Below are positions 26,936 through 40,285 of a DNA stretch of 64,000 nucleotides, piece by piece. A program made the translations under genes and the position numbers. Source of the stretch: Octopus vulgaris (lineage: Eukaryota). Positions within the stretch are counted from its first letter, which is position 1. Every line of letters starts with the position of its first letter. The stretch lies in assembly GCA_951406725.2 (NCBI GenBank), contig OX597829.1, positions 17,050,001 to 17,114,000 on the forward strand, written 5' to 3'. A model generated the notes under the pieces. It was given only the letters and a program-made list of their open reading frames with translations. It ran no database searches and had not been told where the DNA came from.

Positions 26936-27553
26936 TCTCCCTTCTTCCCCCTTCTCTCTAAAAGTGTGTGTAAGCATCTGTTTTTCTGTAGGTATGTATG
27001 TACGTCCATACATACATACATATATACATACACTTTGAATGCAATGAAATATAAAAGAAACGAAAAATACAACAGGGAACCTGGTTTAGTAAATACCGTT
27101 TATCGCTTAAATGAATGAAAACAGTGGCAGCGGTTCGGACGATAGTCCTTCATCAAAACAAAGAGAAATACATTGCGAGAATAAGAAAGAGGAAAAGGGT
27201 TGAACAAGAATATGTTTGAATATCTAGAGATGATATAATACTATATATATATATGTATATATGTATATATAAAATAGAAAAGAGTGAAAAAACTACAGAA
27301 GGCTTGTTTTATAAGGTTAAAGAATATATTTAAGTCGTTATGTTAGAAAAATGTTAGAAAATTTTGCGTATAGTAACATAGTTTTTGGAGAAATAACCGG
27401 TTTCGTGTAAACTTTTCAAATTTCTCAAATTTCTTTTACCTACACCGTGTCATGTCTTCGTTATGAAGTGCAAAGAAGAGTTCCAGGCAAGGGGAGGTAA
27501 TAAGGTTATTTTCCGGTATAAGAGAGATAATCGCCTTATACTTTTCCTCTTTT

Positions 27554-27778
27554 TTAATGAGATGAGTTTCTCTGTATAAGACTGTTAAGATGGTTAAGTT
27601 CAGGCTTATATTTTTCGATGAAGAATGTTTCCTTGTTTAGTCTAATTTGTGTTGGTGTTCCAATAGCACATTGATAGAATGGAAAGATTAAAAATTGTGG
27701 TAGTACTTGCTTTGCGCATTTCTTAATATGCTCACTAAAGGGTATCATTCTGTATTCTGGGAATGCAATCTGTTGATA
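27554..27778 (-). pseudogene. PLE GIY-YIG endonuclease C-terminal remnant
   Basis: QQIAFPEYRMIPFSEHIKKCAK...FLIFPFYQC...RLNKETFFIEKYKPELN fits PLE GIY-YIG C-termini (SEH...C...FP...R..KE..FI....P.LN); a decayed hammerhead fold lies downstream at 27391-27458. Confidence 0.65.
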
Positions 27779-27780
27779 CC

Positions 27781-28145
27781 CTTTACTCTTTTACTCTTTT
27801 ACTTGTTTCAGTCATTTGACTGCGGCCATGCTGGAGCACCACCTTTAGTCGAGCAAATCCACCCCAGGACTTATACTTTGTAAGCCTAGTACTTATTCTA
27901 TCGGTCTCTTTTGCCGAACCGCTAATTTACTGAGACGTAAGCACAACACCATCGGTTGTCAAGCGATGTAGGGGGGACAAACACAGACACACAAACATAC
28001 ATATATATATATATATATATACGACGGGCTTCTTTCAATCTCCGTCTACCAAATCAACTCACAATGCTTTGGTCGACCCGGTGTCCAAGGTGTCATGCAG
28101 TGGGTTGAACACGGAATCATTGTACTAACCACACAACCACTCCTG
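27781..28145 (-). mobile_element. SINE family B
   Basis: Reverse complement of family B. Confidence 0.8.
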
Positions 28146-28245
28146 AACTTTTTATAGTTATTTTTCAGTAATGACCACACCCTTCCCTCTATTCTTATCT
28201 TTCTCATCCTACTTCCTAAAATCTTGCAAGGACACCAGCCCTGTG

Positions 28246-28278
<33 letters not shown>

Positions 28279-28341
28279 ACCTATCTGTCTATGCTTTCCT
28301 CATCCTTTATTATTTTTTCTTCTTTCTTGATTGTCCTGAAA

Positions 28342-28417
<76 letters not shown>

Positions 28418-28776
28418 AGGCATCTTTTCAAAATACGCCAGCTAAACTTGTTGTACTGTTTATTAGTCGTAAGACACCTGCTGTTTTTGTCCTGTTTTTA
28501 CCATTATTGTTTTTTGTATTTTATATTCATGTGTCATCGTCCGTTTTTCTGTCCCTGTTTCGTATACATTCGATCCTTCTTCTAAGAAATCTAATGCTCG
28601 TAGATTAGTTTTTCCTTGGGGCTGGCCGGATAGGAGCGATCCCAAGATTAATCAGCCGAAATTGCTAGGATGATCCGGTTCTTGATTGAAGATTGAAGGC
28701 TTCGAATGTCCCGTCCGTGTTTTTTGTATCGTCTTCTAAATGTTTTATGTTCTTGTCCCAGTTTGTATTTTTCTAC

Positions 28777-28835
<59 letters not shown>

Positions 28836-28981
28836 CTCCTCCTCTTCTTTTTCTTCTCCCTCTTTGGATCTTTTCTTTTTGAAGGCCAGATTTTCCTAGT
28901 TAACTAAACAATTTGAAACTTCGTATACTGGTAGAATGTGTCAAAAGAAAACATTATTGTAAACAAAATTGAAAACAAAAT

Positions 28982-29197
28982 TGTAATTCGTAACTTAAAA
29001 GTAGTTTAATTTTAAGAATTTTAACCAATGAAATCGCAGCATTCGAGCTCAAATTATTTACCTCTTCTTCTGTCTTCTACATGTGCTTTCTAGCACATGT
29101 AGAAGACAGAAGAAGAGGTAAATAATTTGAGCTCGAATGCTGCGATTTCATTGGTTAAAATTCTTAAAATTAAACTACGTTTAAGTTACGAATTACA
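28982..29197. repeat. Near-perfect palindrome, 106-bp arms, 4-nt loop
   Basis: 28982-29087 vs 29092-29197 with one mismatch; adjoins a MITE-like segment starting GGATCTTTTC at 28866. Confidence 0.9.
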
Positions 29198-29668
29198 TCT
29201 ATATCTCTTAAATCGATTAATTTCGTCGCCCAATAAAAATATTAACGATATTTTTTAAATATTTTCTTTATTCTTTTTTTACCGAAAAGGCTTCTCCCAT
29301 GGTTTTGAAGGGCCAGAAACAACAAAAACAAAACAATAATATGCCTAAATCGGTCTCGAGTTTGCGCGTGGAGTATGAGTCGTATTGTAAAAATTTGCGA
29401 AATATTTTTTCATAAAAGGATGCCTCCAGCTTATCGGAAGCTGTGATATAAATTGGGGAAAAAATCCTCGACACCAGTGCGTAATTGGTACTTAATTTAT
29501 CGACCCCGAAACGATGAAACATTGCCCCCCCCCCCTTTTGTGCAAATTTGTTGCGGCAAGTGGCAAAACACAACGTGTATTTTTGCTTGTGTGCGTATGT
29601 GTGTGTATGTATATGTCCGTTTGTATGTGTGTGTACGCTTATATATTAATTACTATGTGCTTATGCAA

Positions 29669-29719
<51 letters not shown>

Positions 29720-30268
29720 TGTCGTGTGTGTCGTGCATCTGCTATATTTCTTTATCAATATCGATAACGCAGCAATGTTGGGATTTCATTGTAGCAGAGT
29801 TAGTAGCAGAGGTGAAAGGGTATATGCATCAAATGAAATATAAAACAGAACACAAAGGATGTCGCAGTACACGTGTTTCAAGCTTTATACAACAACCTAT
29901 TCTTACATCAATGTATAATCGACGTAACAGATGGACACACACATACATATATACATCCATGTATACCTATACATACGCATATACACATGCATGTATATAT
30001 GTTAGGTATATGTATGCGTGCGTGCGTGTGTGTGTGCGTGCGTGTCTGCGTGCGCGCGTGAGCTTGTGTATGCATGCTCCAGCGTCGGTGCGGTATCCCA
30101 GCATGGTCACAGTCCACTGACTGAAGCAAGTTAAAGAATACGCATAAACAATAACAGTACGTTTTGTGTACAAGTGAATAGGAATGCGTTGTGTTTGGGT
30201 TTCTACAGAGAAGTGAATAATCATCATTCTACTCTATTTGGTTTACTTTACAAAATTTTATTAATTAC

Positions 30269-30846
30269 CTATTTCTTTACCACCCACAAGGGGCTAAACA
30301 CAGAGAGGGCAAACAAGGACAGACAAACGGATTAAGTCGATTATATCGACACCAGTGCGTAACTGGTACTTAATTTATCGACCCCGAAAGGATGAAAGGC
30401 AAAGTCGACCTCGGCGGAACTTGAACTCAGAACGTAACGGCAGACGAAATACCTATTTCTTTATTACCCACAAGGAGCTAAACATAGAGGGGACAAACAA
30501 GGACAGACAAACGGATTAAGTCTATTATATCGACACCAGTGCGTAACTGGTACTTATTTAATTGACCCCGAAAGGATGAAACGCAAAGTCGACCTCGGCG
30601 GAATTTAAACTCAGAACGTAGCAGCATGCGAAATACCTATTTCTTTACCACCCACAAGGGGCTAAACACAGAGAGGACAAACAAGGACAAACAAGCTGAT
30701 TAAGTCGATTACATCGACCCCAGTGCGTAACTGGTACTTATTTAATTGACCCCGAAAGGATGAAAGGCAAACTCAGAACTTAACAGCAGACGAAATACGG
30801 CTATGCATTTCGGCCAGCGTGCTAAAGATTCTGCCGGCTCGCCGCC
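30269..30846 (-). mobile_element. SINE family A trimer
   Basis: Three tandem units joined at CGAAATAC|CTATTTCTTT; one head only. Confidence 0.85.
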
Positions 30847-31494
30847 CTTTATTAATTTATTAATTACTACCTTAAAAGAAGCAAGTTCTGTTCCACTCCT
30901 TTCTCTTGAGCTCACAAATGTAACCCTTTGTTATTCGTTGGTTTTACGCGACATTTAACAGAATAGCATGAAGAGGGATTCGTATTCACTGCGCATTCTA
31001 AATTCATTGAAGATTTAATCATTAACCTTAACAAGTTCCCAGTTAACGCGACCGTTTATAGTTTAATCACGTTACGCTCTGCTTCTCTTCCTTAACACCG
31101 AGTCACCCTTAGCCTATGATCAAAAATGATCCATCCACGACTATACTGCCACATTTGTATGTCTAGAACTATAAATCAGTAATGTATCCTTCCATTTTAA
31201 GACGTGATTTAGAGTAATTTCACAGCTGTTTCTCACTAGTCAAGCGACAAACACAGAGACTCATTCTTTCCCCCTTGTACGAGCTAATGACAAGATCGGT
31301 TGTTCCTTTCCGCTAATTTATAACCATTGTGCTACTTTTGGAAGTGATAGTTATTAGTTGTAGTAACAACGTGAAGGTTGCTGGTGAGTCGGATTCCGAA
31401 TTTATTACACCATGTTGCGATCAGAGTTTGAACCCCTGCTGAGGTGAATATGATCTTTTATCGTTTCATTCTGTTATCAGTTGTGGATAGAATA

Positions 31495-31906
31495 ATCCTT
31501 TCTATTATAGGCACAAGGTCTGAATTTTTTTCCTCTTTTTTTGGTAGAGGAGCACTAGTCTATTAAATCTACCCCAGTGCATAACTGATGCTTTATTTAT
31601 CTACCCCGAAAGGATGAAAGGCAAAGTCGACCCCGGCGGCATTTGAACTTGGAACGAGAAGATAGACGAAATACCTATTTCTTTACTACCCACAAGGGAC
31701 TAAACACAGAGAGGACAAACAAGGACAGACAAACGGATTAAGTCGATTACATCGACCCCAGTGCGTAACTGGTACTTATTTATCGACCCCGAAAGGATGA
31801 AAAGCAAAGTCGACCTCGGTGGAATTTGAACTCAGAGCGTAACGGCAGACGAAATACGGCTACGCATTTCGCCTGGCGTGCTAACGATTCTACCAGCTCG
31901 CTGCCT
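31495..31906 (-). mobile_element. SINE family A dimer
   Basis: Same fixed junction near 31677. Confidence 0.75.
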
Positions 31907-31966
31907 TGGTTATGGATAAAATAATTCCTAGTTAGGTATCTGCATCGATTTAATCAATGGAAATTG

Positions 31967-32301
31967 CAGTTGTGATACCAGTGCCGGTGGCACGTAAAAG
32001 AACCATCCGAACGTGGCCGTTGCCAGCACCACCTCGACTGGCCTCCGTGCCGGTGGCACGTAAAAAGCACCAACCGATCGTGGTCGTTGCCAGCCTCGCG
32101 TGGCACCTGTGCTGGTGTTACGTAAAAAGCACCCACTACACTCACGGAGTGGTTGGCGTTAGGAAGGGCATCCAGCTGTAGAAAAATTGCCAGATCAGAC
32201 TGGTACTTGGTGCAGCCTCCTGGCTTCCCAGACCCTAGTCGAACCGTCCAACCCATGCTAGCATGGAAAGTGGATGTTAAACGAGGATGATGATGATGAT
32301 G
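31967..32301 (+). mobile_element. Meta-domain-like SINE family C with (GAT)n tail; copies at 32932-33230 (-) and 62307-62495 (+)
   Basis: GGCGTTAGGAAGGGCATCCAGCTGTA core; CCAACCCATGCTAGCATGGAAAG...GTTAAA(CGA/TGA)n end; three copies. Confidence 0.75.
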
Positions 32302-33535
32302 AATCCACCATTTTATATATAAGAGTTTGCAGTCAACATTTTCATTTTCCCATCCATATTCACAAATAACCCTTCTTTTCACATTGTACAAAACACTAAA
32401 AACAAAAAAATCATGATACATTCAAGAACAACTATTCTTTCAGAATTGCTTTCATTTCCAAATAATTTAGACCAATTAAAACAATGTCAAATGTATAGTC
32501 AAGAATAAGTAACATTCTACTAAGCAACAGATTGGAATACAGATATTTTGAATATAATTGTTGTTCATTACCTGTGCATAAAAATAATTCATCCTTATTT
32601 TCTGCTCTTTCGTTACGAAACTGGCTCTGGCTCTTTAGTACAAATGTTTTGTTTTCATAAGTTTTGAATGAAAATCTTCCACCAAACCTTAGTCACAATT
32701 TATGTTCCTAACACTAATTCACAGACTTTCACAAATTCACATACTTTTAAAAATAACATTGCATAGACAACCAAAACCATCTTAGTAGAAGGATATGCAA
32801 TATCAAACCCCCAAAACTCTTCTTAGATGGACTACAGTAAGGGCAAAATAATTCTTTCATTACTGCCTCAGTGTTATTTTCCTGTTTACAAGTATCTTAC
32901 AGGCTTCTTAGCCTAAAGAGTGAAACCAAACATCATCATCATCATCATCATTTAACGTCCGCTTTCCATGCTAGCATGGGTTGGACGATTTTGACTGAGG
33001 TCTGGCGAACCAGACTCCAATCTTGATCTGGCAGAGTGTCTACACAGCTGGATGCCCTTCCTAACGCCAACCAATCCGAGAGTGTAGTGGGTGCTTTTAA
33101 AGTGCAACCGGCACGAGGACCAGTCAGGTGATACTGGCAATGGCCATGCTCAAATGGTGCTTTTTATGTGCCACCAGCACAGGAGCCAGTCTAGCGGCAC
33201 TAACGACGACCACGCTCGAATGTTTCACATGCCAATAAATAAATAACATTTTAAGAGAATTTATCATCAGAAACACTGGACATACTCTTTCCTTTGTTCT
33301 AACTCCCAATCCAACGTGCAAGAGTTTGTTGGTGAGAATCGTTGTGTGTGATTTTAGGTAATGTCTTCAGATATTCTACACACACTACACTTCATTGAAT
33401 ACTATTCCCCATGCATTCTATATGTATACTAATGTATATATATTACACAAATATATGATACAATGTAAAATACACTATCTAAAGATAGCGTATTCCCACT
33501 AGTGTGTGTATATATATATGTGTGTGCGTGTTTAA

Positions 33536-33566
<31 letters not shown>

Positions 33567-33870
33567 TGTATGTATGTATGTATGTATGTATGTATGTATG
33601 TATGTATGTATGTATGTATGCATGTATGTGTGTGTTCGTGTATTTTTGTATGTGTGGGATGTGTGTATAACAGCTTTACAATGAAAAGGAAAAAGGACTA
33701 TCTGAATTACATGCATAATTAGAACCAAATGGGTAATATAATAAGTCTTGTGTCTAGAACGGAACGAACGGCAGACAGACAGACAGATAGGTAGATACAT
33801 ACATACATACACACATATATAAAGGGATGAATAGGTTAATAGATAGGTAAATAGTAATAATAATATATAA

Positions 33871-33952
<82 letters not shown>

Positions 33953-33982
33953 GCAGAGAGAGGAGGAGCTGAAATGATATAT

Positions 33983-34233
<251 letters not shown>

Positions 34234-34918
34234 ACGATGCACGGATTACAGTATGTATGTAATGTATGTACGTGTTGTCGTCTAGTTTGAGAATAAACAG
34301 TAGCGATAATTTTTTTTATTTTCCCAGCGGTGAGTAGAGTAAACGAAAAAATGTTCCCACTTGAGTGTCAAAAATCGCCCGAAAACTTAACCCGTAGTTG
34401 AATGAAAGGATTCACTGTGAAATGACAAGAAAGATGAACAGACATTCTTTATGTCTTTAATTTTGTTATTTATAATTTAATCACATAATTAGCAAAAATA
34501 TGCTAAATGGAATCATAGTAGATGGGTTCAGAGAAAAACTTGCCTGTTGAACAAGTTATCAGTTTCGTAAAATTAACATGATTTACAATGGACTCAGGAG
34601 GGAAATATTTATGAATCACGCCGCCATTGTCAACAGTACCAGTATACAAAATGCATGTAAATGTTAACCAAACAACATTTGATATTTAGAATTCTTTTGT
34701 CTTATTGTTTGAACAGTGGGAGAATGACTTCTAAAATAGATAAATTAATGAACGGAATCCAAAAAAAGGACTTCAAAAGAGCAATTGAAAATGCTAGCTC
34801 AGGAAATCTATTGGATGTTATCGAAAAGAAATTATTCTTTTGTTACCAGAATAGGCGCTTACGTATTTATTTATTCGTTTCCATTTTTTTTTTAGTGACA
34901 GGTACTTACTCGTAAATA

Positions 34919-35400
34919 GGCGGCAAGCTGGCAGAAACGTTAGCACGCCGGGCGAAATGCGTAGCCGTATTTCGTCTGCCGTTACGTTCTCAGTTCAAAT
35001 TCCGCCGAGGTCGACTTTGCCTTTTATCCTTTCGGAAGTCGATAAATTAAGTACCAGTTACGCACTGGGGTCGATATAATCGACTTAATCCGTCCGTCTG
35101 TCCTTGTTTGTCTCCTCCGTGTTTAGCTCCTTGTGGGTAGTAAAGAAATAGCTATTTTGTAAGGCGGTGAGCTGGCAGAAACGTTAGCACGCCGGGCGAA
35201 ATGCGTAGCCGTATTTCGTCTGCCGTTACGTTCTGAGTTCAAATTCCGCCGAGGTCGACTTTGCCTTTTATCCTTTCGGAAGTCGATAAATTAAGTACCA
35301 GTTACGCACTGGGGTCGATATAATCGACTTAATCCGTCCGTCTGTCCTTGTTTGTCTCCTCCGTGTTTAGCTCCTTGTGGGTAGTAAAGAAATAGGTATT
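34919..35400 (+). mobile_element. Two near-identical full SINE family A copies in tandem
   Basis: Both have heads and share private variants (CTTTTATCCTTTCGGAAGTC), indicating local duplication. Confidence 0.85.
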
Positions 35401-35590
35401 TACTAGTAATTACGCTCGCGCGCACACATACACATACACACACACACACATATACACAAACACAAACACGTACACAAGCACTCACAAACGATAACGAGTC
35501 TGTAATATTGTGTGTGCGTGCGCGCGCGTGAGTGTGTATATGTGCGTGTCGTATGACTATATATATATTATCTCTGTCTTTCTCTCTATA

Positions 35591-35635
<45 letters not shown>

Positions 35636-35644
35636 ACAAGCACA

Positions 35645-36151
35645 TAAATATAATAATAGCAATAATTCTAGGATGGAACTTATAGATATTTAATACATCG
35701 CTACGCGCGTTTCCACAAATCAAATGATTTTAACATCAGAGTCCGTAACTTTGCGATGATTACGGAATAGTCCGTATTATCTGTGGGCATTCGATTGATC
35801 ATCATCACAGATCCATTGCATCAGGGGATACTGTATTATTGGATTAATCACAGAGGGAAGCTTATCCCTTCTTGCCTGTATGAAGGTCAATTTAGCTATG
35901 TAAGTATGGATTGATACTGGCCAGAAGGGATAAACAACCTTCTGTGATTCATCCACTATTGTTATATCGCCTGATGAAATGAATCAATGATAATGATCGA
36001 CGGAATGCCCACGGATTATACGGACTATATTGTACTAATCCCAAGCATACCGTCTCTGATGTTAAAATCATGCAATTTGTGGAAACGCGCGTAGCGATGT
36101 ATTAAATATTCATAAATTCCATCCTAGAATTATTGTTATTATTATATTTAT
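35645..36151. repeat. ~500-bp diverged hairpin, inverted PLE pseudo-LTR-like pair
   Basis: About 240-bp arms (35645-35884 vs 35911-36151), colinear without visible indels. Confidence 0.8.
35963..36101 (+). ncRNA. Type I hammerhead-like fold with a 104-nt helix II region
   Basis: TATATCGC-CTGATGA-[104 nt]-GAAA-C-GCGC-G-T-A-GCGATGTA; 8-bp helix I; base of helix II is weak. Confidence 0.5.
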
Positions 36152-36370
36152 CCTACTATCCTATTTGCAACCCCGAAAAACTGACTCACCAGTCGGTACC
36201 ATTATACAGTATGATGAAATGGGAGCTTTATTTACATAACCCTAACGTTACCATAAACGAATAAAAAATATATACACACACATACATACATACATACATG
36301 CATGCATGCATGCATACATACATACATACATACATACATACATACATACATACATACATACATACATACT

Positions 36371-36418
<48 letters not shown>

Positions 36419-36660
36419 GAAAAATAGAGAGAGAGAGAGAGAGAGAGCCAACAGATGTGATGGCGAGAATCTCAATGTAGAAAACACTTGGTGCGCTCAG
36501 AAGATTTGAACTTACACTTCGATATCTTTGCCGGGGAACAAATCGAATGCAGCTGTGCATCGTTAACCAGCTAGAGAAGATGTCCTGTTGAGGTTTTTAA
36601 AATCGCAAGAGTCCGCTAGGACGGACAACCATGTTAAAGTGGCTACGAATATTATATACA

Positions 36661-37055
<395 letters not shown>

Positions 37056-37513
37056 TATACATTTGCAAATAAATGTAGATATGCACGTATGCATGTAAGT
37101 CCCTGTGTTGGTATTTGCTGGCTTTCTCCAATATTTGAGCGAATTCTATATATTCCACGATTCTATAGCGTCCCACTTTTTGGAACTATATATACGACAA
37201 ACAACAAATTCTTCTCAACACAATCGTTTGCTCTTTCTGGAATTATTTTTATAAACGTTAGCGACATATTATTTTTGGATTAACTTGAGAATTACTTGTG
37301 TAGATATTTAAGGAGGAGGAGTAAAAGAAGAACTGGGAAAATAGATGAAGACAGACATGGGGACGAAAAACAAGAACAGGAATTACAACAACAACACTAT
37401 ATTAAATCAAACAAAAACTCAACCGAATTATAAACAATTGCTCAGCAGCTGTTGTTGCTGCTGCTGCTGCTCTTCTTCTTCTTCTTCTTCTTCTTCTTCT
37501 TCTTCTCATTACT

Positions 37514-37745
37514 TATTTCTTTACTACCCACAAGGGACTAAACACACATGGGGACAAACAAGGACAGAAAAAGGAATTAAGTCGATTATATCGACCCCAG
37601 TGCGTAAATGGTATTTATTTAATCGACCCCGAAAGGATGAAAGGCAAAGTCGACCTCAGCGGAATTTGAACTCAGAACGTAACGGCAGATGAAATACGGC
37701 TAAGCATTTCGCCCGGCGTGCTAACGTTTCTGCCAGCTCGCCGCC
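37514..37745 (-). mobile_element. SINE family A
   Basis: Full-length reverse copy. Confidence 0.85.
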
Positions 37746-37890
37746 TTATTCTCATTACTATTAAGGCAGTGAGCTGGCAGAATCGTTAACACGCCAGACA
37801 AAATGCTTAGCGTCGTTACGTCCTGAGTTCGAATTCCGCCGAGGTCGACTTTGAATTTCATTCTTTCGGAGTCGATATACTAAAGTACCA

Positions 37891-38102
37891 TACAGTTCTA
37901 TATTTAAGAGATGAGGAAATATGTACATTATTTACATTATTTACATTTGATGGATATTTGTCCTCATCGTGTTAGTTGTTAACTCAACGTTTCGCCCTAT
38001 GCCCGTGGGCATATGCCGTAGTAGTTAAGAGCGCGGGCTACTAAGCCCAATATTCCGAAATCGATTCCAGACAGTGACCTGAATAATAATAATAATAATA
38101 AC

Positions 38103-38163
<61 letters not shown>

Positions 38164-38306
38164 TCGAAAAGTAGCTTAGGAATGAGAACCCAGGTTCGAA
38201 ATTTCACCAAGGCACCTGATGAAGGCTGGAGGGTACATCAGCTGAAACGTTGTGCTAACAACAAACAAGATGAGAACAAATATCCATCAAATGTAAATAA
38301 TGTAAA
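37891..38306 (+). mobile_element. tRNA-headed, hammerhead-bearing non-autonomous element (copy 1) with inverted 3'-end fragment
   Basis: TSD TAAAGTACCA (37881-37890, 38307-38316) inside a family A SINE; inverted piece 37891-37994; tRNA-like head 38007-38079; (AAT)n; hammerhead 38211-38256. Confidence 0.8.
38211..38256 (+). ncRNA. Type I minimal hammerhead ribozyme motif
   Basis: GGCAC-CTGATGA-A-GGCTG-gagggtacat-CAGCT-GAAA-CG-T-T-GTGCT. Confidence 0.7.
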
Positions 38307-38389
38307 TAAAGTACCAGCTGAACACTGGAGTCGATATAAAACTAACTTGACACCCAAAATGTCAAGCCTTCTGCCTATTGTAGAAAGAA

Positions 38390-38471
<82 letters not shown>

Positions 38472-38488
38472 CATTAAAGGTGTTGAAA

Positions 38489-38720
38489 GGCGGCGAGCAA
38501 GCAAAATCGTCAGCACGCCGGGTGGAATACTTAGCGGTATATCGTCTGCCGCTGCGTTCTGAGTTCAAATTCCGCCGAGGTCAACTTTGCCTTTCATCCT
38601 TTCGGGGTCGATAAATTAAGTACCAGTTACACACTGGAGTCGATGTACTCGACTTAATCCGTTTGTCTGTCCTTGTTCGTCCCCTCTATGTTTAGCCCCT
38701 TGTGGGCAATAAAGAAATAA
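38489..38720 (+). mobile_element. SINE family A (older copies follow to about 39110)
   Basis: Family A sequence. Confidence 0.8.
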
Positions 38721-39283
38721 GTATCATTAGTGCACTGAACGAATTGCTTACCTGTATTTCACCCGTCGCTACGTACGGAGTTCAAATTCTGCCGAGGTCG
38801 TCTTTGCCTTTCATCCTTTTGGGGGTCGAAAAATTAGTACCAGCTGAACACTGAGATTGATGTAATCGACACGGCCCCTCCTCCACAATTGTTGCCCTTG
38901 TGGTAAAATTTGAAACCATTATTAAAGTGGAGAGCTAGCAAGATCATTAGCACGCTGGACAAAGATGCTTAGCGGTGTTTCAAATTCCGACTAGGTCTGC
39001 ATTCCATTTTTCAGGTCTTCGATAGAATAAGTACCAACTGAGCACTTGTGTCGATTATATCGATTTACCCTCTCCCATGAAATTACTGGCCTTGTGCCAA
39101 AATTTATAACTATCAGTATCATCATCATCTTCATCATCATTGTTAGTTGTATTATTAGTGTTAAAATATGAGAATGGTATTTTGAGAAACCCTCTCCGCA
39201 AGAAAACGAAGACCTGCTTAAGCTCCAGCTATATCAACCTTTTGAGGGCATTTTTCTTAATTATCATTATTATTTTAATATTA

Positions 39284-39695
39284 GGAACTTTTCGGTTTGA
39301 ACGGCAGTTTTTTCTAGCGGTGTCATATGAAATTGTCACCCATAATTATGACCCTAGTATCGATCTATTGCATTTCAATCTGTTTTAGGGTTAGGGGTGG
39401 GGGATGTGTATCTTTTTTTCTTCACAAATGTAAATAAACCCAATCTGTTTCTTAAACGAGGGACATATTCATACGGCACAGAATGTTTTCACCTAAAATA
39501 GACATCACCGATTGGTTGAAATTGCAGAAATTGAAGAAAATAAAACAACAAATATCTTACAAACTATAGAATTTTCTCAATAAAGCCAAGAGAAAAAGAT
39601 GTTTTATAAACACATTCTACCAGTATACGAAGTTTAAAAGTGTTTAGTTACGTGGAAATTATTTTTAAAAACTGCCGTTCAAACCGAAAAGATCC
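39284..39695. mobile_element. MITE with internal TTAGGG repeats (GG...CC ends, 8-bp TSD; Merlin/Mutator-like)
   Basis: ~29-bp TIR GGA.CTTTTCGGTTTGAACGGCAGTTTTT; TSD TAATATTA on both sides. Confidence 0.85.
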
Positions 39696-39804
39696 TAATA
39701 TTATTTTATCATTTAACTGCTGTGTTGTTTTATTTTCAAAAAATATAATGACAAAACAATAATCGAATTACATTGTCTTTCTGTATTGATTATTATTGGA
39801 TCTG

Positions 39805-40220
39805 CACATCTTGTTAGCATACTTTTGTCTCGGGAGACAATGGAGTTGCGCATAAACCAATTCAGTCTGGTTTTTACATTTCATGTACTCTCCAGTTTTG
39901 CGCTGGCCTGGGCTAGATGTTAGAACATCCTGGGTAGCCCAATCGACAGGATTCCTCTCTCGACCTTGCTGACATTGTCAAAAGGAGTGCAGAGCATTAC
40001 GTTTGGCATCAGCTTGTTTGCAGGAACTGCCAGAAGAGTGTCGAGTCAAACACTAAACCGCCTACGGGACTCCACTCCGGATTTCTTTGAAGGGTGTCTC
40101 CTTTCCGTAACCCTGGATAGGGGCCCATACCGGGTACTGTTAGCCGGAGCCAGCTGAGCCCGGGACTCGTATCAGGCAGGGTCATCACTCCCTGAAGTAG
40201 TGGAGAAAATCGCTGCCCAC
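39805..40220 (-). mobile_element. RTE-derived non-autonomous element
   Basis: RTE 5'UTR-like motifs GGAGTGCAGAG.ATTACGTTTGGCA and GGGACTCCACTCCGGATTT; single copy, boundaries approximate. Confidence 0.45.
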
Positions 40221-40253
40221 TACCTACAATGTGTACAATTACACACACATCTG

Positions 40254-40285
<32 letters not shown>

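Noticed and set aside
28613-28670. GGCTG/CAGCC-GAAA fold
   Set aside because: The CUGANGA core is absent; at most a remnant.
34716-34862. Short open frame after a pyrimidine-rich AG (GRMTSKIDKL...)
   Set aside because: No recognisable domain or linked exons; cannot be supported without RNA-seq.
38007-38079. tRNA gene calls here and at 42760-42832, 46125-46198, 52480-52552
   Set aside because: Imperfect acceptor and T stems and fusion to repeat bodies indicate SINE heads, not functional tRNAs.
40090-40220. Possible HDV-like ribozyme at an RTE-like 5' end
   Set aside because: A GCTAA segment is present, but the nested double pseudoknot could not be assembled by eye.
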